A stretch of DNA of 64,000 bases, taken from assembly GCA_016783135.1 (NCBI GenBank), contig JADHXC010000008.1, positions 309-64,308 on the forward strand. The letters run 5' to 3'. The notes beneath the pieces were generated by a model. It did not search any database. It had not been told where the DNA came from and saw only the letters and a program-made list of their open reading frames with translations. Origin of the DNA: Dehalococcoidales bacterium (lineage in GTDB: Bacteria > Chloroflexota > Dehalococcoidia > Dehalococcoidales > Fen-1064). The translations under genes were made by a program, and so were the position numbers. This document shows, one piece after another, positions 20,088-29,774 of the stretch (its first letter is position 1; every line of letters begins with the position of its first letter).

Positions 20088-21029
20088 CTACTGATTCTCC
20101 TCCCGTGCAGCCAGCCGCTCGGCAACCCTCAACCTGGCGCTGCGACTACGCGGATTCAGCCGGACCTCATCTGGAGAAGGTTTAATCACCTTCCTGTTGA
20201 CCATCCTTAAACTGGCGGTGTGTCCGCAAACACACATCGGTATACCCGACGGGCAGATACAGTCCCGCGATTCCTTCTGCATGAACCGCTTAACGATGCG
20301 GTCCTCCAGTGAATGGTAGCTGATGACAGCCAGCCTGCCCTCGAACCCCAGAAGGCCAACAGTCTGCTCCAGCACACTCTCCAGGTTCTGCAGTTCCTGG
20401 TTAACGGCAATACGCAGTGTCTGGAATGTCTTCGTTGCCGGGTGGATTCTGCTCCTCCTGCCACCGACGGCAAGCTCAATTATTCTGGCAAGCTGAAAAG
20501 TTGTCCGTATAGGCCGCTCCGCCACGATACGGCGCGCTATCCGGTGACTGCGAGCTTCCTCACCATATGTCCAAAGCAGGTTGGCAAGCTCGTCCTCCGT
20601 GAGTGTGTTGACAATATCCTCCGCCGTAGTCTCCTGCTCAGGACTCAAGCGCATATCCAGCGCCGATTCACGCTGAAAGCTGAAACCTCGTGCATTACTG
20701 GCCAGCTGTAAGGAAGACAGTCCAAGGTCGAAAAGTATTCCGTGTACCGGATAGAAGTCATACTCCTCACAGACGGAGCGGAGTCTGACGAAGTTCTCGT
20801 TGACAATCAGTACGGCATCACGATAGGTCTCCAGCCTGCCCCGGGTGATACTCACTGCCTCAGGGTCAGCATCGAGGCCGAGGAGCTGTCCACCGGGCGA
20901 ACTGTGTTCCAGAATCGCGACGGCGTGTCCGCCACCACCAACGGTGCAGTCGATATAGCGCCCTCCGGGCCGGACTGCCAACCCCTGGATAACTTCCTTC
21001 ACCAGTACCGGCAGATGAGTCGATGTCAT
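20088..21029 (-). CDS. rsmH: 16S rRNA (cytosine1402-N4)-methyltransferase RsmH
   Basis: [25 protein letters not shown] and YHSLEDR blocks. Start taken at MTSTHLPVL, 12 nt after the mraZ stop, not the ORF-track 21113. Confidence 0.9.
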   Translation of the reverse strand: MTSTHLPVLVKEVIQGLAVRPGGRYIDCTVGGGGHAVAILEHSSPGGQLLGLDADPEAVSITRGRLETYRDAVLIVNENFVRLRSVCEEYDFYPVHGILFDLGLSSLQLASNARGFSFQRESALDMRLSPEQETTAEDIVNTLTEDELANLLWTYGEEARSHRIARRIVAERPIRTTFQLARIIELAVGGRRSRIHPATKTFQTLRIAVNQELQNLESVLEQTVGLLGFEGRLAVISYHSLEDRIVKRFMQKESRDCICPSGIPMCVCGHTASLRMVNRKVIKPSPDEVRLNPRSRSARLRVAERLAAREENQ

Positions 21030-21043
21030 TACTTGCAGACTCC

Positions 21044-21469
21044 TCAACGTTCCTCCAGACCCTCCATTATCTGCCAGGATTGCTCCAGGCTGAGAGTCCT
21101 CTCTGCCTCCCATAGCTCCTTGCTCCAGAGTTCGAAGTTCGTATTGACTCCGACAACAATGAGTTCATCACCGACCTGAGCATACTGCCGCAGAGCGGGC
21201 GGCAGGGATATCCTGCCCTGTCCATCCAGAGTAAGGTTGTAGGCAGTGGCGAACATAGCCCGGTCCAGTCTTCTCCGCTTGCTGGCCGACATGGTAGCAG
21301 AGGTGATTCTCTCCGCCTCTTTCGCCCACTCTGCCAGTCCGTAACCAGCAATACACGTGTCGAGCCCGGGCTTCAGTACCACTCCCTCTACCAGGTCCTT
21401 GCGGAACCTGGGTGGAATGGGCACCCTGCCCTTTTCGTCAATCTTGTATTCGAACTCACCAAGAAACAT
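21044..21469 (-). CDS. mraZ: transcriptional regulator MraZ
   Basis: 141 aa. Duplicated SpoVT/AbrB-like halves: [13 protein letters not shown] and [13 protein letters not shown]. Confidence 0.9.
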   Translation of the reverse strand: MFLGEFEYKIDEKGRVPIPPRFRKDLVEGVVLKPGLDTCIAGYGLAEWAKEAERITSATMSASKRRRLDRAMFATAYNLTLDGQGRISLPPALRQYAQVGDELIVVGVNTNFELWSKELWEAERTLSLEQSWQIMEGLEER

Positions 21470-21551
21470 CCGGGTACCTCTATCGATTCAATCAGTGACA
21501 ACAGAACTTCTGTTCATACCGCCTGTTGTCCTGGTCAGTATCTACGATATT

Positions 21552-21604
21552 CCCCACAATTCACCAATTCACGCCATTTTGCCACACTTTTCTCCATTTG
21601 TCAA
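21552..21604 (-). promoter_or_regulatory. mraZ promoter with MraZ-type direct repeats
   Basis: Minus strand: TTGACA (21599-21604), 17 nt, TGgCAAAAT extended -10. Then TGGCG, TGGTG and TGGGG at exact 10-nt spacing (21552-21576). Confidence 0.5.
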
Positions 21605-21820
21605 GGCCCTTTTCATAGAATGGCGGTGTTCAGGACACTATTTACACTCCAATACAGTCAATACTGGCTGCCATACAAGAAGAAATCTTCCCTTTTTCTG
21701 CAGGAATAAGTGGTTGGGTAGTGACCACGACACCTCACTCTGTTGTGTCGTCCTTCTGCCTGAACGAGAGCATGAACCTAAACATGGAACGCCTGCCAAC
21801 CGTTAAGACAGTACAATGGA

Positions 21821-21849
21821 TTGACATCCTCGTTTAAAGATATTACAAT
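21821..21849 (+). promoter_or_regulatory. sigma70-type promoter P1 upstream of the Wood-Ljungdahl cluster
   Basis: TTGACA (21821-21826), 17 nt, TACAAT (21844-21849). Confidence 0.5.
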
Positions 21850-21971
21850 CTATTCGGTCTGATATTGGTAAACCCGGTACGTTATATGAAGATAATAAGC
21901 ACCCTGTTACTCCCGATACGTTTTCCGGTAGCCTGAGGGCACGTACCAGCGTAGCCGGGTTCCTGCGGAGT

Positions 21972-22000
21972 TTGACTTGGTCTATCGCGTGGGCTATACT
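21972..22000 (+). promoter_or_regulatory. sigma70-type promoter P2 upstream of the Wood-Ljungdahl cluster
   Basis: TTGACT (21972-21977), 17 nt, TATACT (21995-22000). Confidence 0.5.
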
Positions 22001-22036
22001 AAAAGCGGAAGCTAGCTGATATGGGGCTTCGTCAGG

Positions 22037-22075
22037 GCTGAGTGCTTCCCATGTGAAGGACTCAGCTTTGTTGTG
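22037..22075 (+). terminator. terminator-like hairpin in the cooC leader (possible attenuator)
   Basis: GCTGAGTGCTTC (22037-22048) pairs with GAAGGACTCAGC (22055-22066), 11 of 12 bp, loop CCATGT. Followed by TTTGTTGTG, 17 nt before the cooC ATG. Confidence 0.4.
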
Positions 22076-22091
22076 CCAGTATAAGATATAG

Positions 22092-22880
22092 ATGAAGATT
22101 GCTATCAGTGGCAAAGGGGGAGTGGGGAAGACATTATTAGCTTCTCTGCTTTCCAGAGCATTTACTGCGGCTGGCTACTCGGTGTTGGCGATAGATGCCG
22201 ACCCTGATGCTAATCTGGCCGCGAACCTTGGCTTTCCACAACCAGAGGAGATAACGCCTGTCTCCAAGCTCGAGGACCTTATTGAAGAGAGGACCGGAGC
22301 ACGACCCGGCCAGTCAGGCTCCTTCTTCAAGCTGAATCCCAGAGTTGATGATATTCCTGAGACCTATGCCGTCGAGCATGACGGGATAAGACTGATGGTG
22401 ATGGGGCGGATAAAGCGGGGAGGTACCGGCTGCTACTGCGCCGAGGGCGTTCTGCTGCAAGCCCTACTCAGTCACCTGCTGCTACAGAGAGATGAAGTGG
22501 TTATCGTTGACATGGAAGCTGGGATAGAGCACCTCTCCCGGGGAACCGCAAGAGCGGTCGACAGGCTGATTATCGTGGTTGAACCGGGCAGGCGAAGCAT
22601 TGAAACAGCTCGCCGTATACGTGAGCTGGCCGAGGACATCGGTGTAAATAACATCGCCGTAGTCGGTAATAAAGTCCACAGCCAGTCGGACAAGGAGTTT
22701 ATCACTACCAGTTTACCTGATATGGCGTTTCTCGGTTTTATTCCTTATGACCAGGCATTGGTAGACGCAGACCTGGCTAACCGTCCCATTCACGAGTCAA
22801 GCCCGCAGATTTCCGCCCGTATAGACGAGATTTATCAGGCTTTGATATCTGGTGCTCAAGTACCAGGTACTGCCAGGTAG
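22092..22880 (+). CDS. cooC: CODH nickel-insertion accessory ATPase CooC (AcsF-type)
   Basis: 262 aa. P-loop GKGGVGKT and the Cys-x-Cys metal motif GTGCYCAEG. Confidence 0.85.
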   Translation: MKIAISGKGGVGKTLLASLLSRAFTAAGYSVLAIDADPDANLAANLGFPQPEEITPVSKLEDLIEERTGARPGQSGSFFKLNPRVDDIPETYAVEHDGIRLMVMGRIKRGGTGCYCAEGVLLQALLSHLLLQRDEVVIVDMEAGIEHLSRGTARAVDRLIIVVEPGRRSIETARRIRELAEDIGVNNIAVVGNKVHSQSDKEFITTSLPDMAFLGFIPYDQALVDADLANRPIHESSPQISARIDEIYQALISGAQVPGTAR

Positions 22881-22960
22881 TTAAAAGGGTTGCGTGAAAA
22901 AACGAGAGTTCAGGACCGGAGCCCTTTAAGAAAATAGACATATATAATAGGGGGGTTTCA

Positions 22961-24724
22961 ATGGCTTACGACGCGGTAAAAATGGAGGACTGGCAAATAG
23001 CCGAAGCGGCCGAACAAAACATGCCCACCCCTGATGAGTGGCGCGACAAGCTTGGCCTGGAAAAGGAGGAGCTCCTCGCCTACGGAAGGATAGCCAAGCT
23101 CGACTTCCTCAAGATTATCGACCGACTCAAGGACAGGCCGGATGGCAAGTACATCGAGGTAACCGCCATCACCCCCACACCACTGGGAGAGGGCAAGAGC
23201 ACTACATCAGTCGGCCTGATGGAGGGTCTTGGCAAACGAGGTGTGAATGTCGGCGGGTGTCTCCGTCAGCCTTCCGGTGGCCCGACGATGAACGTCAAGG
23301 GTACTGCTGCCGGCGGTGGCAATTCCCTGCTTATCCCGATGACCGAGTTCTCCATGGGACTCACCGGCGACATCAATGACATCATGAATGCTCACAACCT
23401 GGCAATGGTAGCGCTAACCGCCAGGATGCAGCACGAGAGAAATTATAGCGACGCCCAACTCGAAAAACTCACCGGAATGCCCCGCCTGAGTGTAGACCCC
23501 ACCCGTGTGGAGATGGGCTGGATAATGGACTTCTGCGCCCAGAGTCTGCGCAACATTATCATCGGTATTGGCGGCCGAATGGACGGCTTCACCATGCAGT
23601 CCAAGTTCGGTATCGCCGTGGGCTCGGAGTTGATGGCCATCCTTTCCATCGCGCGTGACCTCGCTGACCTGCGCGAAAGACTGGACAATATCACCGTCGC
23701 CTTCGACAGGCGAGGCAAACCGGTAACTACCAGGGACCTGGGAGTCGGTGGTGCGATGACGGCCTGGATGCGGAACACCATCAACCCCACCCTCTGCTCC
23801 ACTGTCGAATACCAGCCGCTGATGGTCCACGCCGGCCCGTTCGCCAACATCGCCGTGGGTCAGTCATCAATTATTGGCGACCGTGTCGGGCTGAAGCTGT
23901 TCGACTACCACGTCACCGAGAGCGGTTTTGCCGCTGATATCGGTTTTGAGAAGTTCTGGAACGTCAAGAGCCGTTACAGCGGACTCAAACCCAATGTCTC
24001 GGTACTTACCACCACCATCCGCGCCCTGAAGATGCATGGCGGCGGACCCAGAGTGGTTGCCGGTCTCGCCCTGCCCGAAGAGTACACCAAGGAGAACGTG
24101 GGGCTCGTCGAGAAAGGCATACCCAATATGCTGCATCACATCAATACCATCCGGACATCGGGCATAAACCCGGTGGTCTGCATCAACTCGTTCTACACCG
24201 ACACCAAGGACGAGATAGCTGCGGTCAGGAAGGCCGCTGAGGCCGCCGGGGCACGCTGCGCTGTCTCCAGCCACTGGGCGGACGGTGGTGATGGTGCCCT
24301 GGAATTTGCCGATGCCGTTATTGACGCCTGCAAGGAAGAAACCAATTTCGACTTCCTCTACCCGATCGATATGAAGCTGCGGGACCGCGTCGAGAAAATT
24401 GCCAAGGTCGTCTACGGTGCCGACGGCGTTTCCTGGACTGCGGATGCCGAGGAAAAGGCCAAGAAGATGGAGGGGGACTCGCAGTACGATGACTACGCCA
24501 CGATGATGGTCAAGACCCACCTCAGCCTGACTCACGACCCGACTCTCAAAGGTGTGCCCAAGGGGTGGACGCTGCCCATCCGCGACATTCTCATTTACTC
24601 CGGGGCCAAGTTCCTCTGCCCGTGCGCCGGTACCATCAGCCTTATGCCGGGTACTTCGTCCAGCCCCGCCTTCCGGAAGGTGGATGTCGATGTGAATACC
24701 GGAAAGGTATCCGGCCTGTTCTAG
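22961..24724 (+). CDS. fhs: formate-tetrahydrofolate ligase
   Basis: 587 aa. [16 protein letters not shown]-loop and full-length FTHFS-like sequence. Confidence 0.95.
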   Translation: MAYDAVKMEDWQIAEAAEQNMPTPDEWRDKLGLEKEELLAYGRIAKLDFLKIIDRLKDRPDGKYIEVTAITPTPLGEGKSTTSVGLMEGLGKRGVNVGGCLRQPSGGPTMNVKGTAAGGGNSLLIPMTEFSMGLTGDINDIMNAHNLAMVALTARMQHERNYSDAQLEKLTGMPRLSVDPTRVEMGWIMDFCAQSLRNIIIGIGGRMDGFTMQSKFGIAVGSELMAILSIARDLADLRERLDNITVAFDRRGKPVTTRDLGVGGAMTAWMRNTINPTLCSTVEYQPLMVHAGPFANIAVGQSSIIGDRVGLKLFDYHVTESGFAADIGFEKFWNVKSRYSGLKPNVSVLTTTIRALKMHGGGPRVVAGLALPEEYTKENVGLVEKGIPNMLHHINTIRTSGINPVVCINSFYTDTKDEIAAVRKAAEAAGARCAVSSHWADGGDGALEFADAVIDACKEETNFDFLYPIDMKLRDRVEKIAKVVYGADGVSWTADAEEKAKKMEGDSQYDDYATMMVKTHLSLTHDPTLKGVPKGWTLPIRDILIYSGAKFLCPCAGTISLMPGTSSSPAFRKVDVDVNTGKVSGLF

Positions 24725-24757
24725 TCAATACACATAAGCAGAGAAAAGGAGAGCTGT

Positions 24758-25534
24758 TTGAGCTTTAATATCGCGGTGGCAGGGAAGGGTGGCAGTGGTA
24801 AGACTTCACTGGCAAGTCTCGTTATCCGCTACCTGAAGAATAGCGGCACGGGACCTATCTTGGCCGTGGATGCCGACGCCAATGCCAATCTCGGGGAGAG
24901 CCTGGGGTTAACCGTCAGGAAGACTGTCGGTCAGATGCTGGACGAATTTCAGGGGGACAAGATAAATATCCCTCCGGGGATGACGAAAGAACTTTACCTG
25001 GATTTCAAGCTGAACGAGATACTGGTGGAGAGCCCCCGGATTGACCTTCTGACCATGGGTCGGGGCGAGGGTCCGGAATGCTACTGTTACCCTAATGTCA
25101 TCCTGAAGAAGTTCGCGGATACCCTGGCAGACAACTACGCTTACATGGTCATGGACAATGAGGCCGGGATGGAGCACCTGAGCCGCAGGACCACTCAGGA
25201 CGTTGATGTTCTATTCCTGGTATCGAATCACTCCGTAAAGGGTATCCGGACTATTGCCCGGATAATAGAGCTGGTGTCCAGCCTCAAGCTGACAGTAAAG
25301 AAACTGCTGCCCGTAATCAGTATCGCTCCCGACGAGCTCGACCCACTGGTGAAGGAAGAACTGGAGCGCCAGGGAATAGAGCTTGCTGCGATAATCCCGA
25401 AAGACGAAGAGGTCTACCGCTACGACCTGGAGCTTAGACCGCTGCTCGAACTGCCCGACAGTTCGCCGGCGGTGCAGGTGGTCAGAGACATCATGAAACA
25501 GATTCTTGACCCGACAAAAATACCCACCAACTAG
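24758..25534 (+). CDS. cooC: second CooC-type accessory ATPase
   Basis: 258 aa with a TTG start after AAGGAG. P-loop GKGGSGKT and Cys-x-Cys GPECYCYPN. Confidence 0.8.
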   Translation: MSFNIAVAGKGGSGKTSLASLVIRYLKNSGTGPILAVDADANANLGESLGLTVRKTVGQMLDEFQGDKINIPPGMTKELYLDFKLNEILVESPRIDLLTMGRGEGPECYCYPNVILKKFADTLADNYAYMVMDNEAGMEHLSRRTTQDVDVLFLVSNHSVKGIRTIARIIELVSSLKLTVKKLLPVISIAPDELDPLVKEELERQGIELAAIIPKDEEVYRYDLELRPLLELPDSSPAVQVVRDIMKQILDPTKIPTN

Positions 25535-25632
25535 CAGGAGGTGCACAGGATACATACAGACCAGTAGGAATACGTGCCGGGAACCCGGAAATAGACCGGG
25601 GAACTGGTATCGGGTATACTGTAAATCCTATA

Positions 25633-26535
25633 ATGATGGAGGGGTCAATGACAGCACAGATAATCAGAGGCGCCGATGTCGCCAAGCAGATTCGCGCCGA
25701 GTTGAAAGAAGAGATAGCCGAACTCAAAGAGAAACACAATGTGGTACCGGGACTGGTCACTATACTGGTAGGTGCAGACCCGGCATCACAGGTCTATGTC
25801 GGGCAGAAGGAAAAGACCGCCGGGGACCTGGGCGTCTATTCGGAGAGATATGACCTTCCCGAAGACACCAGTCAAGAGGACCTGATGGCCCTGGTTGACC
25901 GGCTCAATAAAGACCCCAAAATCAACGGAATTCTGGTACAGCTCCCGCTACCCAAGCATATCGATGAAAATGAGGTCCTTATCGCAATCGACCCGAAGAA
26001 GGATGTTGACGGATTCCACCCGGTTAATATCGGTAAGCTGATGATTGGGGAACCGGACTACCTGCCCTGCACGCCACACGGTATCCAGCAGCTTCTCATC
26101 AGGTCCGGTGTGCAGACTGAAGGGGCCGAGGTAGTCGTTGTCGGCAGAAGCAATATCGTGGGCAAACCAATCGCGAACATGCTCCTTCAGAAGAAAGAGG
26201 GTGCCAACGCCACAGTCACGATATGCCACACCCGAACCAAAGACATGGCCTTCCATACCAGGCGAGCCGATATACTGATTGTGGCCGCAGGTAAAGCGAA
26301 TGCAATCACCGCAGACATGGTCAAGGAAGGTGTCGTGGTTATCGATGTCGGTGTCAACCAGCTTGGCACGACTGCTGAAGGTAAGAGAATCCTCTGCGGA
26401 GACGTTGACTTCGATGCCGTCAAGGAAAAGGCCAGCGCCATAACGCCGGTACCCGGTGGCGTCGGCCCGATGACGATAACCATGTTGATGCTGAATACAG
26501 TCAGGGCAGCAAAGCTGGCTGCCGGTCTGGCCTAG
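25633..26535 (+). CDS. folD: bifunctional methylene-THF dehydrogenase / methenyl-THF cyclohydrolase
   Basis: GADPASQVYV, GILVQLPLP and VVVGRSNIVGKP blocks. Start could be 25633, 25636 or 25648. Confidence 0.9.
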   Translation: MMEGSMTAQIIRGADVAKQIRAELKEEIAELKEKHNVVPGLVTILVGADPASQVYVGQKEKTAGDLGVYSERYDLPEDTSQEDLMALVDRLNKDPKINGILVQLPLPKHIDENEVLIAIDPKKDVDGFHPVNIGKLMIGEPDYLPCTPHGIQQLLIRSGVQTEGAEVVVVGRSNIVGKPIANMLLQKKEGANATVTICHTRTKDMAFHTRRADILIVAAGKANAITADMVKEGVVVIDVGVNQLGTTAEGKRILCGDVDFDAVKEKASAITPVPGGVGPMTITMLMLNTVRAAKLAAGLA

Positions 26536-26553
26536 TAAGGAGGGTACAGGAAT

Positions 26554-26772
26554 ATGGAATACCAGGTCGAAAAAGTGAAAGCCCCGGGCAGAGACGCAGT
26601 GGAATTACTGGGTCCCACCTATGAAGAGGGCCAACCCGAGGGTGAAGAAGTCGGTAAATGGCGACAGAAATTGTCCAGCCGCGAAGAAAAACTGAAGTAC
26701 CTGGAGACCGGTGAGCGGTACTGGTACTCAGATGACTGGTTCGGCAGCGAAAAGAGAAAGAATCCGGCCTAG
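26554..26772 (+). CDS. small charged hypothetical protein embedded in the acs operon
   Basis: 72 aa. Strong SD (AAGGAGGG) 8 nt upstream. Tight spacing: 18 nt after folD, 14 nt before acsD. No family recognised. Confidence 0.5.
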   Translation: MEYQVEKVKAPGRDAVELLGPTYEEGQPEGEEVGKWRQKLSSREEKLKYLETGERYWYSDDWFGSEKRKNPA

Positions 26773-26786
26773 AGAGGGGAACAGAG

Positions 26787-27731
26787 ATGGCTTTTGATAT
26801 TCCGAAAACATCCTACACCGGTAAGATAAAAGAAATATCGCTCGGCAAGGGGGACAAGGCCGTAGTGATCGGCGGCGAGACCGTCTACCCGTTCTACCTG
26901 TTCGAAGGTAAGATGCCACGCCAGCCAAGGATAGCTATGGAGGTGCTTGACTGTCCTCCACAGGAATGGGCTGAGGCTGCGCTGGAACCTTTCGCCGGTG
27001 TGACCGACGACCCTGTTGCCTGGGCAAAGAAGTGCATCGATGACTACGGGGCAGAGATGATTGCCCTTTCGCTGGAAAGCACCGACCCCAACGGACTTGA
27101 CCGCGGGGCTGATGAAGCCGCCGCAGTGGTGAAGAAGGTGGCTGATGCCATTGATGTACCTCTCCTCGTCTGGGGAACAGCCAATGTTGACAAGGATACC
27201 GAGGTACTCAGGGCAGTGGCCGAAGCTTGCCAAAACAAGAGCCTGACTATCGGGCCGTTACAGGAAGCGAACTACAAGCGTATTGGTGCCGCCGCAATAG
27301 CTTATAAACACACCGTGGTGACCTCCACCCCGATAGACATCAACCTGGCCAAGCAGCTCAATATCCTGCTGGGTAACCTTGGCGTACCTGATGGGCAGAT
27401 TGTCATCGACCCCACGGTAAGCTGCATCGGATACGGTATCGAATACGCCTATTCGGTGATGGAAAGAATGAGGATGGCCGGACTGACACAGCAGGACGAA
27501 AAGCTCCAGTTCCCCATCGTCTGCAACCTGGCCAAAGAGGTCTGGAAGTCCAAGGAAGTCCACCTACCGGATAACGAGATGAATATGGGAGACGCCAGGA
27601 AGCGTGGTATCCTGCTGGAAGCGATGTCCGCCATGACCCTGCTTCTGGCAGGTGGCGACCTGTTAGTAATGAGACATCCGGAAGCAATCAAGCTGGTCCG
27701 GGAGATGGTAGCTGAATTAACGGCTACATAA
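26787..27731 (+). CDS. acsD: corrinoid iron-sulfur protein small subunit (AcsD/CdhD)
   Basis: 314 aa, length and sequence like CoFeSP delta/small subunits. Sits in the acs context. Confidence 0.8.
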   Translation: MAFDIPKTSYTGKIKEISLGKGDKAVVIGGETVYPFYLFEGKMPRQPRIAMEVLDCPPQEWAEAALEPFAGVTDDPVAWAKKCIDDYGAEMIALSLESTDPNGLDRGADEAAAVVKKVADAIDVPLLVWGTANVDKDTEVLRAVAEACQNKSLTIGPLQEANYKRIGAAAIAYKHTVVTSTPIDINLAKQLNILLGNLGVPDGQIVIDPTVSCIGYGIEYAYSVMERMRMAGLTQQDEKLQFPIVCNLAKEVWKSKEVHLPDNEMNMGDARKRGILLEAMSAMTLLLAGGDLLVMRHPEAIKLVREMVAELTAT

Positions 27732-27778
27732 GTAGCTCACAGCCGCCTGGAAATATTGGAGAGGAGAGGAGTTGCATA

Positions 27779-29740
27779 ATGTCAGAGGCAGAGAATAAAA
27801 GCATCGATCAGGCTACTATCGAGCTGATAGAGAAGGCAACCGCCGACGGAGTCAATACCGTTTTCGATAGGGCCGATGCCATGAAACCCTGTCCCATAGG
27901 TGCTGTCGGCAGTTGCTGCAAGAACTGTGCTATGGGACCCTGCCGGGTACCTTTGGCCAAAGGCAAAGAGGAGACACCGGAACAAAAACTGAAAAGAAGA
28001 GGCTTATGCGGGGCTACTGCTGAGACCATCGCGGCCCGTAATTTCATCCGGATGATAGCCGGAGGGGCGTCGGCTCACTCCGACCACGGCCGGGGAACAG
28101 CCGAGTTGTTCCTGGCAGCCGCCAAGGGAGAAGCCCCCGGATACGAGATAAAGGACGAGCAGAAACTGCTGCAGCTAGCTCTGGACTGGGGTATCGATAT
28201 TGGTAACCGCAGCAATAGCGAAATAGCCGTTGATGTCGGTGAGAAAGCCCTGGCCGAGTTCGGCCGGCAGGATGGTGAGCTGATAACCCTGAGAAAAGCG
28301 CCACTGAAACGTCAGGAGCTATGGCGAAACCTGGGCGTCGCTCCCCGGGGCATTGACAGGGAAATCGTCGAGATAATGCACCGGACCCACATGGGTGTGG
28401 ACCAGGACTACAAGAACCTGCTCAAGCAGGGGGCAAGAGCAGCCCTGGCCGATGGCTGGGGAGGCAGTATGATTGCCACCGAGCTCCAGGACATTCTCTT
28501 CGGTACTCCGGCCCCTATTCTAGGTAAGGCAAACCTGGGTGTACTCAGAGAAGATGAGGTCAACATTATTATTCACGGCCACGAGCCACTGCTTTCCGAG
28601 ATAATTGTAGCTGTTGCCCAGGAGCCCAAAATGGTGGAGTTGGCTAAGTCGAAAGGCGCCAAGGGCATTAATCTGGCCGGTATGTGCTGTACTGCCAACG
28701 AGATACTTATGCGTCACGGAGTAGGCATAGCTGGTAACTACCTGCAGCAGGAACTAGCCCTTGTAACCGGGGCAGTGGATGCTATGGTAGTGGATGTCCA
28801 GTGTATTTTCCAGTCTATAACCACGGTAGCGGAGTGCTATCATACCAAGATTATCACCACCTCACCCAAGGCAAAAATGCCGGGAGCCGTCCACATCGAG
28901 TTTGACGAACACGATGCCCTGACATCGGCCCGGGAGATAGTCAAAACCGCTATTGAGAACTTCCCCAATCGCAAGGGGAATATTGGCATCCCTGACAATG
29001 AGACTACTCAGATTGCCGGATTCAGCCACGAGACCATCAACTACCTGCTGGGCGGCATGTTCCGGGCCTCCTACCGGCCACTGAATGATAACATCATTAA
29101 CGGCCGGATAAGGGGGCTCGCCGGCGTCGTTGGCTGCAACAATGCCCGTGTCAAGCACAATGAGGGTCACATTGCCATGGTGAAGGAACTGATAAAGAAC
29201 GATGTGCTGGTGGTTACTACTGGCTGCAACGCTATCGCCTGCGCCGAGGCAGGACTCCTGGTGACGGAAGCGGCTGCCGAGTTCGCCGGTGAGGGCCTGA
29301 GAGAGGTATGTGAGACTGTTGGTATCCCGCCTGTACTCCACATGGGTTCCTGCGTGGACAACAGTCGTATCCTGATAGCCGCCACCGCTATGGTCAAAGA
29401 CGGCGGTTTAGGTGATGATATCAGTGACCTACCGGTAGCCGGAGCAGCACCGGAGTGGATGAGCGAGAAGGCAATATCCATCGGCCAGTACTTCGTCGCC
29501 TCGGGAGTGTATACCGTATTCGGCGTTAACTGGCCCACTCTGGGAAGCAAAGAAGTGACCGACTTCCTGTTCAAAGACATGGAAGACATGTACGGTGGGA
29601 TGTGGGGATTTGAAGAGGACCCAATCAAGGCAGCCCACCTGATGATTGACCACATCGACAAGAAACGTAAAGCTCTGGGCATTGACAAGGCCAGGGAACG
29701 TGTACTCTATGACATGGAGATGAGGCGCGAGCTGACCTAA
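27779..29740 (+). CDS. acsA: carbon monoxide dehydrogenase catalytic subunit (AcsA/CooS)
   Basis: 653 aa. N-terminal Cys clusters CPIGAVGSCCKNCAMGPC and RRGLCGATAETIAARNF. HGHEP and GSCVDNSR C-cluster regions. Confidence 0.9.
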   Translation: MSEAENKSIDQATIELIEKATADGVNTVFDRADAMKPCPIGAVGSCCKNCAMGPCRVPLAKGKEETPEQKLKRRGLCGATAETIAARNFIRMIAGGASAHSDHGRGTAELFLAAAKGEAPGYEIKDEQKLLQLALDWGIDIGNRSNSEIAVDVGEKALAEFGRQDGELITLRKAPLKRQELWRNLGVAPRGIDREIVEIMHRTHMGVDQDYKNLLKQGARAALADGWGGSMIATELQDILFGTPAPILGKANLGVLREDEVNIIIHGHEPLLSEIIVAVAQEPKMVELAKSKGAKGINLAGMCCTANEILMRHGVGIAGNYLQQELALVTGAVDAMVVDVQCIFQSITTVAECYHTKIITTSPKAKMPGAVHIEFDEHDALTSAREIVKTAIENFPNRKGNIGIPDNETTQIAGFSHETINYLLGGMFRASYRPLNDNIINGRIRGLAGVVGCNNARVKHNEGHIAMVKELIKNDVLVVTTGCNAIACAEAGLLVTEAAAEFAGEGLREVCETVGIPPVLHMGSCVDNSRILIAATAMVKDGGLGDDISDLPVAGAAPEWMSEKAISIGQYFVASGVYTVFGVNWPTLGSKEVTDFLFKDMEDMYGGMWGFEEDPIKAAHLMIDHIDKKRKALGIDKARERVLYDMEMRRELT

Positions 29741-29774
29741 ATGCCTGCGTTAAGAGAGATAAGGGAGGTATGAA

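Noticed and set aside
21803-22114. 103-aa minus-strand ORF in the mraZ-cooC intergenic region.
   Set aside because: Its start would lie inside cooC. It runs antisense through two near-consensus plus-strand promoters and the leader hairpin. No SD and no recognisable motif.
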